A stretch of 64,000 nucleotides of DNA from Octopus vulgaris (taxonomy: Eukaryota): assembly GCA_951406725.2 (NCBI GenBank), contig OX597837.1:22382001-22446000 (forward strand), read 5' to 3'. Under the pieces are notes generated by a model. It did no database searches. It was given only the letters and a program-made list of their open reading frames with translations, and was not told the origin of the DNA. The translations under genes were made by a program, and so were the position numbers. This document shows positions 38,598 through 52,497 of this stretch, one piece after another; the stretch's first letter is position 1; every line of letters starts with the position of its first letter.

Positions 38598-39394
38598 CAT
38601 AAAAATATGCACAAATACACATATATATAGATAAACATTCATAGCAGCAAAATTTGATTATAAATTATACAATTCAGTCATTATCAAGTCATTATCAATT
38701 TTCCAATATCTACTACTATTAATAGTTGACATTTTCAGTAAATTAATTGAAGATTTCAAGATAAAGATCTTTAAAAAACTTAATTAAATATTCATTAAAG
38801 CAGTTATGTTAAAAATTATTATGTATTAAAATGAAACAAGAAGTTTAACTGTGTAACAAAGGCATGACTGTGTGATAAGAAGTTTTCTACCCAACCACAC
38901 AGTTTCAAGTTCAGTCCCACTGCGTGGCACCTTGGGCAAGTGTCTTCTACTATATCCTCAGGCTGACCAAAGTCCTGTGAGAGGATTTGGTAGAGAGAAA
39001 CTGAAAGAAGCTCATTGCATGTGTGTGTGTGTGTATTCTTTTACTTGTTTCAGTCATTTGACTACAGCCATGCTAGAGCACCACCTTAAAGGTTTTTAGT
39101 CAAAGAAATCAACCCCAGGACTTATTCTATCAATCTTTTTTGCCAAACCACTAAGTTACAGAGACGTAAGCACACCAACATCAGTTGTCAAGCGATGGTG
39201 AGGCGGGGGACAAACACAGACAAAAGACACACACATAAATATATACATACATATATACAACAGGCTTCTCTCAGTTTCCATTTACCAAATCCACTCACAA
39301 GGCTTTGGTCAGACCAAGGCTATAGTAGAAGACACTTGCCCAAGGTGCCATGCAGTGGGACTGAACCCAGAGCATGTGGCTGGGAGGCAAGCTT

Positions 39395-39623
39395 CCTATT
39401 TCTTTATTGCCCACAAGGGGCTAAACATAGAGGGGACAAACAAGGACAGGCAAAGGGATTAAGTTGATTACATCGACCTCAATGCGTGACTGGTACTTAA
39501 TTTATCGACCCCGAAAGGATGAAAGCAAAGTTGACCTCGGCGGAATTTGAACTAAGAACGTAGCAACAGGCGAAATACCGCTAAGCATTTCGCCTGGTGT
39601 GCTAACGTCTGCCAGCTCACCGA
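39395..39623 (-). mobile_element. Nin/Deu-domain-like tRNA SINE; clusters also at about 6460-7150, 10690-11000, 24530-24955, 31640-31965, 32865-33290 and 41280-41880
   Basis: Head ggtgagctggcaga...gagttcaaattcc and central tttcatcctttcggggtcgataaattaagtacc; copies often sit in tandem within (AAT)n. Confidence 0.8.
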
Positions 39624-40506
39624 AAACTTCTTACCACACAGCCACACCTGTGCCTATATAAAATATATAATCAAGTGGTAAGGCTTCAACAAGTATAAAA
39701 GAACTCAATCATTTAAGAGAGTAAAGATAATGATATAATAAAAACCACAAATCTTGTTAAATAAAGCTACCCAAAAGACAACTGACAAACAGTCTTGTCT
39801 CAGCTTGAAAAATGGTGAATTAAATCATTTCAACTAGGAAACCCTGGGTAACTGTATTTAACAAGACTTAGTCTTAATTATAACACAGGCATGGTTGTGT
39901 GGTAAGAAGCTTACTTCCCAACCACATGGTTCTGGGTTCAGTCCCACTGTGTGACACCTTGGGCAAGAGTCTTCTACTATAGCCTCAGGCAGACCAAAGT
40001 TTGGTGAGTGGATCTGATAGATGGGAACTTAAGAATATATGTGCGCATGTCTTTGTGCCTGTCCCCCACCACTGTCTGACAACCGCTGTTAGTGTGTTTA
40101 TGTCCCTGTAACTCATAGGTTTGGCAAAAGAAAAGAGACCAATAGAAGTACCAGGCTTTAAAAAAAATAAAGTACTGGGGGTGATTCATTCCATCAGAAT
40201 TCTTCAAGGCATTGCCTCAGTATGGCCTGCAATATAATGACTGGAACAAGTCATTAAAAATAAAAAGATAATAGTTCTTCCTACTCCACCACCACCACCC
40301 CTGCATACAGGCATCCACCCACTGATGGTCACACTGGAATGCCTTTGACAGTAATGTATGTTCAGTCAGAGTTGACCTGGGGGTCACTAAACAACAACCA
40401 CCTTTTATACTTCTGCTCCTCTCTATTCACAAACAAATCTATTTTCCAACATACTAATAGTCATCTTGACAAGAGACCCCACTATTGTTTCATGAAAGGA
40501 ATGGGT

Positions 40507-40542
<36 letters not shown>

Positions 40543-42560
40543 AACACCACTGATAATAATGGTTGTGGTGTAGTACACTGCTGACTACAAACAACTGACT
40601 TGACTGGCAACTTGTTCTCTACTAACCAGCATGGAAAATGTCTCAACTTTGATCAACAAAGGTAAGTTAAGACAAACTGTAAACTTGACCTAGATCTTAG
40701 TCTAAATATAGAACTATTTTAGCCAGCCTACTAGAAGATGGAGAAAGGCCAGCACTACTCAAGTCCATCTGGTTGACATCCCCTCTATCTCTCCACACCA
40801 CACACACCATAATTTTTTTTTTTTTGCCTTGCTTCGATAACCTTTAAATAATTACAGAAATTCAGAATTCAGGATTCTTAAAGCAAGCAATTTATTATCA
40901 TTAGTTATTATTATTATTTATTTTTTTTTTATTTAATTAGTATAGCAAAATGAGTCAGCCATCAGATAAAAAAAATGCCTAGCAATATTTTCTTACATTC
41001 CGTTACATTTTGAATTCAGATTTGCTTGTCATTCTTTTGTAATCAATAATAAAAAATACCAGCCAATTATAATCAACTACAATACTATCAGCCACACAAT
41101 GTGTGGCCTTGTGCCTAGTTACAATATTAATTGTTATATAAACAATGTCTAACATGAATGTGTCGATTTAAAGTTGCCTGGTTTTTTTTTTTTCTTGTTT
41201 GTTTTTAGTCCATACCATTTATAAATGTGGAACACCACTACTAATTCATGGGTCACCAAGTTCAATCCTATTCACAGCAGCCAAGCTGGCAGAACTGTTA
41301 GCACACTGGACAAAATGCTTATTGGTATTTTGCCCAGTGCTATATTTCTGAGTTCAAATTCCATTGAGGTCCACTTTGCATGTCATCTTTTTGGGGGGTC
41401 GATAAATTTAGTACCAGTGAAACACTGGAATGAATGTAGTCAACTACCCTGCCAAATTTTAGACCTTGTGCCTATAGCAGAAAGAATTTTCATTATTATT
41501 ATTATTATGTGGTTTTGCCTTTCATCCTTTCAAGGTCGATAAACTAAGTACCAGTTGAGTACTGGGGCTGGTGTAATCAACTAGCCCCTCCTCCAAATTT
41601 CAGGCCTTGTGACTTTTGTAGAAAGGATTATCGTTATTATTATTATTATTATTATTGAAGGTGGCGAGCTGGCAGAATTGTTAGCATGCTGGGCTTAATG
41701 CTTAGTGGTATTTTGACCATCACTATGTTCTGAGTTCAAATTCTGCCAAGATCAACTTTGCCTTTCATCCTTTTTGGGGTCAATAAATTAAGTACCAGTG
41801 AAACTCTGGGGATCAATGTATTCGACTAGACCCCTCCCCAAAAAATTTCAGGCCTTGTGCCTTCAGTAGAAAAGATTGTTATTATTATGTTTCTTGGCCA
41901 GGACACTACATTTTTCACTGTTCCATTTATCTAGTTCAATGTTTCCTAAACAAATTTTTTTTCTCTTACAGGAGCTTTGAAATACAATCCATGGCTCAAG
42001 AGAACCCCTACATCAGCAGTTCTCAACTGGAGTCCATATGAAATCCAGTGGTTCATGCAAGATTTTTGGGAGTCATGCAAGCAAAATAGTAAGCTGGGGA
42101 TTGAAAAGTCCCATGATTAAATGTTCCTTTGGATGTATGTATTGCAAGAAACAGCTAGGTTTCTTTCTCTAACATTTTACATAGTTCAACCTATACAAGT
42201 TAATGTGTGAAAAACAAAATAGAAATTTTGAAAGAAGGAGTTATAAAGCTAGTTTTTAAACATCAAATGACTATGGGAATCCACCAGAATAGAATAGCAA
42301 ACAAAGGGGTCCATAGATAAAAAAAAATATGGTCGAGAACCACTTCCCTACACTTTACTGATGAGGTCAGAATAAGACTTAACAGAATGGTCACCCATAC
42401 TTGCCAGAAAAATTAAAGCATTAGTCATTGGTTAAGTTTTGTTTTTCATTTTTCATGTCATCAAATGATTATTTTGAGATAAGTTTTTAATGCTCCATAT
42501 ATTAAATGTTCAACACAAAACTACCAAACTATTTCTAAACATATGCAAATATATACTCAA

Positions 42561-42591
<31 letters not shown>

Positions 42592-42804
42592 TGTGTGTGT
42601 GGGTGTAAAAACATGACAATTCTGGAAATCAACAATTTCAGTCAAGTAAGCATGAAGTCCTAAGATATTTTAAGCAGAGGAAATGAATTTGCAATATCCA
42701 TACCTTTCTCAAAGCATACAGTATCAATGTAAGTGAACAGCAATTGGACACTAAAAATAGGTCACTGAGTACATATGTTCAGTGCGTATCCTTTAGTACA
42801 CAAT

Positions 42805-42863
<59 letters not shown>

Positions 42864-45362
42864 CAGACAGAATGTATGTATGAAAAATAATGAAAGTGTG
42901 TGTATACATATTTGAGACAGACAGCCAATATGTAAGAGAAAAATAAACATGTCCATGATAAAGACAGGCAGTAACAAGTGATATAGTAGTCGAGAGAGAA
43001 AGAAAGAGAGAGAGAGAGGAAGAAGAGGGAGGATTGCAATAAAAGATTTAGTTGATATATAAACTGGGTACAATTCATGAGTGCCCTGTGAGTAGAAAGG
43101 ACAATGATTTTTCAAGGGAAATACAAGTGTTGCAGAAATAAATTAAGGTATATCTAAAGACTCAGGTTGATTAAGTGAAGCCAAACAAGCAAGCAAGCAA
43201 AACATACTTCAGCAATTTTCTGTGGCTATTTTACTATGACTAAATGAATCAGTGTTCATTAACTAAACCAAGTGTAGTACTGGCTGCCTGGTTACAGGAA
43301 GAGAGGAAAAAACAAGACAGAACAATAGTATAAATTTTCAGAATGCTTCTGTACCTAAAACATAAAACAATTTGAAAGGTCATTCACCCTTGGAACCCTC
43401 AACTTTTTAACAGGTATTTTAAGGTTTATCTTTTCACCTGTTTCACTCATTAGTCTACAGTCATGCTGGAGCATTGAAAGGTTTAGTCAAATGAATTTAG
43501 CCCAGTACTTATTTTTCAAGCCTGGTACTTTATTCTATAAGTCTCTTTTTGTCGATCTGCTATATTACAGGGATGTGAACAAACCAACACTAGTTGTCAA
43601 GTGGTGGAGACTGGGGCTTCCTTCATTTTCTATCTGCCAAGTACACTCACAAGGCTTTGGTCAGCCTTAGGCTGTAGAAGAGAACAATTGCCTAAGGTGA
43701 CATGCAGTGGGACTGAACTTGGAACCATGTCATTGAGAAGCAAATTTCTTAGCACACAGCCACAAAATTAAACATTATTTATACATTAGTGACAGAGGCA
43801 GTATTAGTAATGAGAGATAGGATTTATCCCGTCTTGAACATGAATGTTCTGTTAGAACAAACTATACTGTGGTAGATACCATGAGAGAAACTCTCACATT
43901 GGCTTTTCGTGCACTTTGCACCAAAAGCTTAATATGAAAGTTATTGCTAGATGCACACAATAAGTCCACATAACTATATTTTATCGAAATTTTGGAAAGA
44001 TATACCCAGTGTATTTATTAGACTGAGACCATGCTGGGGCACTGCTTCCAAAAATATTAGTTAAATGAATTGACCCCAATACTTTTTTTTTTGAAGTTCT
44101 GTTACATATTCTATCAGACTCACTTGTCGAACTGCTAAGTTACACAGACATAAACATACCAACACCAGTTGTCAAGTAGTGTAGGGGACAAACACAGTCA
44201 CAAGACACACATACATACACACGCACACACACCAGGCTTCTTTCAGTGTCCGTCTACCAAATCCACTCACAAAGCTTTGGTCAGCCTGAAGCTATAGTAG
44301 AAGACATTTACTTGCCCAAGGTGCCACGCAGTGGGACTGAACCTAAAACCAGGTGGTTGGGAAGCAAACCTCTTAACACACAACCAAATTATAATCTTAT
44401 TGGAAGACAGAGAAGATTAAGCAGTTCCAATTTATAGGAAAATGAAGTCAAAATCTTACAGCTATACGTCAATTGATCTCTAATAGAATGTGATTGAAAT
44501 AGAAAGAAAAGAGAGGATTTAATTTATTGGTCATTTAAATACAATATTTCCTGGGAATCAAGAGATTGCTGACTCACTGAAGAAAGATCTCACTTCAGCT
44601 TCATTGCATCCACATACAACAAATAAATCAATATATTAGGTTTTACATAGAAACAGTGACCAAGTTGTTTAAGGTATGGGAGCGAGTGGGATCTAAATCC
44701 GCACAATGATAGTTTAAAATCTCCCCCAAGAGCAGTATTGCATTCTGAGGCAAGACATTTTTCTATACTTGACTCAATATATCAATTATTCCAAATCCCA
44801 AAGTCTAATAATCTATAAAAGACTTGCAGCAACATCACTGTGTTAACTTAGTCGGTAGTGTGTGTCGGAGAGAAAGAGGGGAAGAAAGAAGAGAAGACAT
44901 AGGCAAGCATCACAAAACCAACTTCAATTTAATTAAGCAGGTAAGATTTACATTTAAAAGAACAAAATAAACAAAACTAAACTAGATATTCTATGAAATA
45001 ATTCTTGAAATATAAACTAATTAGCACTCATTTTGAAAGAAACTTAGTTTTTCAGATTTCTCTTAGAAATTTCTTTTAAAAAAACATTAATCCTCGCAGG
45101 AAGAAGAGACAAAAGCAGTAAAAAGAATCCCCATTAATTACTGTTAACTGTCTGTTCTGGTGATGATGATGATGATGAATGGTAGCTATGAGGATGAAAA
45201 GCTGGTGACATAAGTAGAGTACATTGTATCAGCTTGGAACAAATGGTAGAACATAAAAACAAGATTTAGCTAATAGATTTCTTCTTCAGTCAATAATGAT
45301 GCCTTTATTAGAAGAGAAATTACAAAAGCTAAGTGAAGACAATAATAATAATGATGATGATG

Positions 45363-45393
<31 letters not shown>

Positions 45394-45529
45394 TGATGAT
45401 GATGATGATAAAAGAGATGTTTTATGTGGTTTGAAAAGATACAGTAATAAAAACGAATGGGGGTTGGAGTGTAAAATATAAATCCCTTATCTAAAATAAA
45501 TTAGTTTTCTAAATGTACCGTCTTGACAT

Positions 45530-45538
45530 TCATGATTT

Positions 45539-45594
<56 letters not shown>

Positions 45595-46000
45595 TACATA
45601 CATACACACACAAATAAATATATACATAAATATAAACAGATATATATACACATAATATATATATATACATAAATATTTATAGATATATATATATATATAC
45701 ATATAATATACACATATATAGATAAAAATATATACATATATAAATATATGTACAGATATAGATATAAATATATACATATATAAATGTAGAGTTGAAATTT
45801 ATAGAAAAACAAAAGATGAGAACAGGTGTTTGAACAGATATAAATATATACACACATAAATATATACACATATATAGATATAAATATATACATATACAGA
45901 TATAAATATATACATATACAAATATATACATATACAAATATATACATATATATTATACACACCTAAGTATTATATACATTATATGCACACATACATAAAA
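45530..46000. repeat. Long degenerate (TA/CA)n low-complexity tract; similar tracts at 1840-2060, 18340-18500 and 58180-58540
   Basis: Dinucleotide repeats that generate the Y/I/C/V/H-rich spurious ORFs. Confidence 0.95.
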
Positions 46001-47791
46001 AAAATACTCAGATTTTTATAGAAAGGAACTATAGAACAATGAATAGAAGCCTAATTACCATACAATATGAATATTCTTCAACTCTACAGATTTCAATGAT
46101 TAAACACACCACCACTACTGCCACCAAGTCTATACACGTTTATATAATGTAGCTAATTCTTTGGTTCATCTCATTCATCTCATCTCATTCAAAAAAATGA
46201 ACGAAAATGGAATACATAACTCCTACAAACTAAAAAAAAACATGTATTTTCATTTCACAAATGGCCAATCTACAGAGCACTTTTTAAATATATTCTACAG
46301 GAATGTTCGATGAAAGGTAGAGCTTTCAATGTCACACAAAACAAGACAGGAAGAAAAATGGTAAAAGTCCAGAGCAGTTTTTTGGGTTTTGTTTCATTTT
46401 CTTTCTTTTTTGTTTTATTTTGGTTGAGTGGTAAGAAGTTTGCTTCCCAACCCATGATTTCGGATTCAGTCCCAATATGAAGCGCCTTGGGCTAGTGTCT
46501 TCTTCCATAACCAACCTAAGGTCAACTGAAGTGCTGCGAGTAGATTTGGTAGATGGAAATGGAAAGAAGCCCACCATGTGTGTGTATTTGCATCCCAGCT
46601 TACTAGTTTTCAGTCAAACCGTTCAACCCATGCCAGCATGGAAAGCGGATGTTAACCCTTTAGTATTTAAACTGGGCATATCCGGCCAAAATAGCTAATC
46701 TGTTTTATGTTCAAACTGACCAGATCCAGGCTCTCACACCTACCCTACAATGTTATTCTACATTAAGTAATTACACCATCAAGATCTTGAAGACATGAGA
46801 TAATGCATGATTAATTCAAATCAATGTGAATCAATAAGCATTATGTTTGATAGAATAATCTGAACACTAAAGGGTTAAATATTGATGATGATTATATATA
46901 TATATATATATGTTATATGTAAATATGTTATATATGCAGGGAATTCAGATTTAATTTGATGATTTTGTCTTCTTTTTTCCAGGAACAGCTTCATGTATTG
47001 ATAAACAGTGAATAGCATTGGAGAGCACAAACAAAGGTTGTAATTGAGAAAAAGTTAGCTGACATGGAGGAATGGACGCCATCTGAATTTTGGAAAAGAG
47101 TTACCTGTATGATGATGACTCATGTCAGGTATCAAAATGCCAACATCAGGCCTGCTGCTCAACACACTGTGAATACTATAAAGGTTGTAAGATGTGACAT
47201 AGATATCATGAAAACCAAGTCTCCCTGAACTGCGGTGGTCTTTGGGTGTGCCTCCAGTGAAAGTATATATATATATATATATATATATTGTCTTCTTGCC
47301 GGTGGCACGTAAAAAGCACCAACCGATCGTGGCCGTTGCCAGCCTTGCTTGGCACGTAAAAAGCACCCATTACACTCACTGAGTGGTTGGCGTTAGGAAG
47401 GGCATCCAGCTGTAGAAACATTGCCAGATTAGAGTGGAGCTTTCTGGCTTCCCAGACCCCGGTCGAACCGTCCAACCCACGCTAGCATGGAAGGCGGACG
47501 TTAAACGATGATGATGATAGTCTCTCAAGTCCAAGAAAAATAGTTCCACAATTTCTTGCTATAGAACTTGCACAGATGATTTGTTTATAGTGATCAAGTG
47601 TCTCTCCATCAAATCAACACTACCTGTACAGTTGCATGGTGTACTACATGTCAGATGTTGAAATGATCGCAGAGCAACATGAAATGATTTGCTCAAGAAT
47701 ACAATGTTTCACCTGCTCTGAGAATCAAAACAACAATCTCTCTCTCTTGTACACCTGTGTATATATGAATACGTATGTGTGTATCTATCTA

Positions 47792-47828
<37 letters not shown>

Positions 47829-47950
47829 TGTTCCATGATAGAAAATTCATCAAAAGAAGTTCCTTATCTGGTGAAATATAAATATTATTTATTTAAAAGA
47901 CACAACACATCTCTTATTCAATCTTTTTAGCTCATTATGATATGTGCTTT

Positions 47951-48005
47951 GTGCCTGACGAATGTGTTTGAGATATTTCTCAACATATAAGACTATCAGT
48001 TGCAC
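47951..48005 (+). ncRNA. Decayed type I hammerhead-like motif
   Basis: GUGC CUGACGA [AUGUGUUUGAGA uauu UCUCAACAUAU] AAG ACU auc AGU U GCAC: all three stems pair, but GAAA is mutated to AAGA. Confidence 0.55.
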
Positions 48006-50746
48006 TTTAAGACATGTATTGTGTCCTTTAACCCTTTAGTGTTTAAACCGGCCATATCCGGCCAAAATATTCTACCTATTTTATGTTCAAACTAGTCAGA
48101 TATGGTCATTCATAGCTACCTTATTGTGTCATTTTAAAAATAAACAATCACATCATTGAAATCTCAAAGCCATGAAATGATGCTAGATTAATTTTACATA
48201 GTGTGAATATATAAGCTTTACATTTGACAGAATAATCTGAATGCTAAAGGGTTAAATGAATAATAATAGTTTATATAGACACACACACTCACACACATAC
48301 ACATTTCCTTATAATCATTTATACTTAGAAACAATAACATTCCAAAGTCCATCAGTGCATCAAGACTTTCTCAGCTTTTATCTTGTAATAAGCAGCAAAG
48401 GATCATGGGAATTAATGTAACAGTTGAAATCCTCATTGTCAAATTTAAAAATTAATTATTAACTTCTAGTTATTTCCATAGTTTGTTACCAATGTGAGTT
48501 GTATCTGATGTTAGGAAGTTCACTTCAGTCACATGGTTTCAAGTATCTCTGGTTATCATCCTGGACTGAGGAATGCTTTGCAAGTGAATTTGGTGGACAG
48601 AAACTGAATGAAGCCTGGCATGTGTTGTATCTGTCTGCTGATTTTCAATTTTGTTTTTTACTATTAATCCTTTTGACACCTCACCCAGGACTGCTCTTAG
48701 TTCAATGATCCAGACTCCTTGCTTTAAAGCAGTAGTTCTCAACTGGGGTCATATAGCCCTTGAGGGTCCATATAAGTTTTTTTGCTAAAAATTTATGTAC
48801 AATAAATTTTTTGCTTAAAATTTATGTACAATATGGTTATACTTCTAAAATACAGAAAGTATTTTCAATTTTTATATACAATTCTTAATAATATTAAATT
48901 ATAAAAACTTAATAGAATTTTTTAAACACTAAATGGATATGAGTAAAATAGGAATCAAAGGGCATCCACAAAGGCAAAAAAAAATGGTTGAGAAACACTG
49001 CTTTAGAGTGAGTGATCTACATTTTAAAAACAACTTCTGTTAAAATTTCATGTTAAGTTTTTGTTTGAAATATCAAGCCTAATTGCAATGTTACTTTACT
49101 AAATTCTACATAATTTTCACCATTAATTGAAACAAAAACAATATTTCAACAGAAATATGATAAGAAAAGGGTTAATAAAGTTTCTGTAGTTAACATTTCA
49201 GAGTTTTTTGGGGATTTTCTTTGCCTTTTAGGTGTATATTTTTTCTCTATGTAAGATGGAGGTGTTATGAACTTTGTTTAATATTGTAAAAGCTCCTTGC
49301 TGTAAAATGCATGGCAGATGTTTTGGGACAGGGAGCACAACCAACAAAGCAATACTTATGCCAAAGTTTAAATTCCAGGCTGAAACAATTTTAGTTCACA
49401 AAAGAAACAACAGAGGTCTAAACCCTTTGATACCAAAACTAGCCTGAGACCAGCCTTGGTTCTATGATATGAAGTTTCCTATTTTAAAGTGATCTAAATT
49501 AAAACCTATCAACAAGATCTTCACCCTTTAGCATTCAGATTATTCTATTGTTTTGAATTTATCCTGCATTATCTCATAGTCATGAGATTTTGATTATGTA
49601 ACATGCAGGGTAGGTGTGAGAGTCTGTATCTGACCAGTTTGAACATAAAACAGGTAGAATATTCTGGCTGGATGTGGCTGGTTTAAATGCTAAAAGCTTA
49701 TCTTTCTCTCTTTTTACTTGTTTCAGTCATTTTGACTGCAGCCATGCTGGAGCACCGCTTTTAATTGAGCAACTCGACCCCGGGACTTATTCTTTGTAAG
49801 CCCAGTACTTATTCTATCAGTCTCTTTTGCCGAACCGCTAAGTGACGGGGACATAAACACACCAGCATCGGTTGTCAAGCAATGCTAGGGGAACAAACAC
49901 AGACACACAAACATACATACACATATATACAATGGGCTTCTTTCAGTTTCCGTCTACCAAATCCACTCACAAGGCTTTGGTCGGCCCGAGGCTATAGTAG
50001 AAGACACTTGCCCAAGGTGCCACACAGTGGGACTGAACCCGGAACCATGTGGTTGGTAAACAAGCTACTTACCACACAGCCGCTCCTGCGCCTATGATAA
50101 TTTATGTTCCAAAAACTAGCTAAAGTGTTATTTGATTAAATTCTTATTTTGAAAATTAATCACAACAAAAGCAGGAACATGGTAGCAAACAAGCTAAGAT
50201 GAGAGTAAGGTGGCTATTGTTATAATAAATCCATCAAATCCAAATTGGCAAGGGAAAAAAAACGCACATGTCAAAGCAATGAAGGTAACTATATAATGCA
50301 AATGTGTGCATGTGTATGCATTACATCTGCATTTCCATGTTAGTGCATGTATGTGCATGCATGTATATTTGCCTGTGTGTGTGTATGTGAGTGTGTGTGT
50401 ATTTGCCTGTGTGAGTGTGCATGCATGCACAGAAAGAGAAAGAGTCACTGTGACATTAAGGTTCGGAACATTGTCAAATGTCGAGTATTTACTTGCACCA
50501 GCCTTCATCCTATAATCTTTAAGAAAGTGGGGGGAAAAAAAAAGCACACAACACTGCGTGCCTGAAATAGTAAAGTTCCACACCAATTTCACAGTTGAAT
50601 GATTAACACGAAATAAAAAAAGGAAAAAAAAAAAAAGAAAAGAGGTGGAGTGGTTTCAATCAATCAATATTCAATCGATATCCAAATATATAGACTTACA
50701 AAAACACAAAATTCATTCCTACTCATAGCTGAAGAATCTGACAATC

Positions 50747-51105
50747 ACACTACACCATGCACCACAGCCAGAGAGCCTCTACATGGTCAAACAACCTTTA
50801 GAAATAGCAGCCAAATCTCCCAGAAAATAACTCCTTAAAAAAAGGACAAATTTAAAGATATTTATTCAGTGCATGAATGTATATATGCCTCTGTATGTAT
50901 GTATGTATGTATGTATGCATGCATGTATGTGTGTGTATATATATATATCACACTACACCATGCACCACAGCTACAAGCCAGAGAGCCTCTACATGGTCAA
51001 ACAACCTTTAGAAATAGTAGCCAAATCTCCCAGAAATAACTCCTTAAAAAAAGGGCAAATTTAAAGATATTTATTCAGTGCATGAATGTATATATGCCTC
51101 TATGT
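50747..51105. repeat. Local direct duplication of about 150 bp
   Basis: cactacaccatgcaccacagc...atatatgcctct occurs at about 50748-50892 and 50951-51101, separated by microsatellite. Confidence 0.9.
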
Positions 51106-51124
51106 ATGAATGTATCCATGCATG

Positions 51125-51188
<64 letters not shown>

Positions 51189-51595
51189 CACTGTAAAATT
51201 GAGACAGAATGGTCACAGGTAAAATGTCTGATAGAAGTGTTGTTGACTCAGGGCTAAACACGATCAAAAATGCACGTGCGCGCGCACACACACACACACA
51301 CACAGAATGCCCTACATCAAAAATATTCTGCTATTGAGAGAACAAGTGTAGTATTTAAAATGGCCACCAGCTAATTCCTTCAGTTATGGCAAAAACCACT
51401 CATGTGTGACTCTTTGAAAACCATTCAATGGAGAACACAGCTTCTATTCACATTCCTGTTATTAATAACACACACACACACACTTGTATTCTCAGGTTAT
51501 ATTCAATGTTGTCTTATTAATAACATATTTACACATACATTTATTATGTGTGCATACACACGTGTGTGTGTGTGTGTGGAAGAATATGTATATAT

Positions 51596-51643
<48 letters not shown>

Positions 51644-52465
51644 GTGTATTTATACATATAAGTCATTTCACTATCCCCACATAAAATGTTCTCTGTAGGG
51701 AAGAAATATGAAAATAGCAGTCAGAGTTAACACCTCCCTTTATATTTCCCAGTGAATGGGACACACACACACACACACAGAAGCATTCTCTCGCCTTCCC
51801 CTATCCTATCCCTCCCTGCGCCTACGTCTATAACAGTACAACTTCCCCAAAGTGAAAAAAAAACAGGTCACTGACACCGCAAACTTTATAGACAGAAAAT
51901 CTGGACTGATCAGTCTCCATAATTAATGGAATAAATAAAGAAAGAAAAAATTAAGAGGAGGAGGAGGAGTAACAGAATTAAAAATAGCAAAAGAACCATA
52001 TGTGTGTGTGCGCGCGCGTGTGTGTACGCGCAAGAAAATTATTACTAAGTAGGATTTCCCTTGTCTGATATACACATAAAGGCCTATATTGAACACACAC
52101 ACACTCTATATATATATATAATACACATGTATATAGAACAGAAACTGAGATTTTTCCACTTAACAACAGACTTCACTTAGATGTGTATATAATATAGAAA
52201 AATGTGTGAGCACACCCTACCATTTAATTTGCATATATGTATGTATGTGTGTGTGTGTGTGTGTGTGTGTATAGCATACATATCAAAGGGATTTAGGAGG
52301 GGTGTTAACTAGATTACAAAACCATACAGAGAAATATTTTGTGGAACCAGTCTTTGTATCCTAGTTACCAACAATATATACATACATTAGACTACATACT
52401 TCTAACACAAAGGTGTGAAAGGGCACGTTTATGTTTTTGTTCCACAGTTTCCAAAAACCAAACAC

Positions 52466-52497
<32 letters not shown>

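Noticed and set aside
42355-42400. CUGAUGA-GGUC...GACU hammerhead-like start
   Set aside because: No GAAA, stem III or stem I partner.
47030-47230. Stop-free stretches on both strands with exon-like ends
   Set aside because: No recognisable homology, and the minus-strand candidate ends in phase 1, which is incompatible with the next DOT1L exon.
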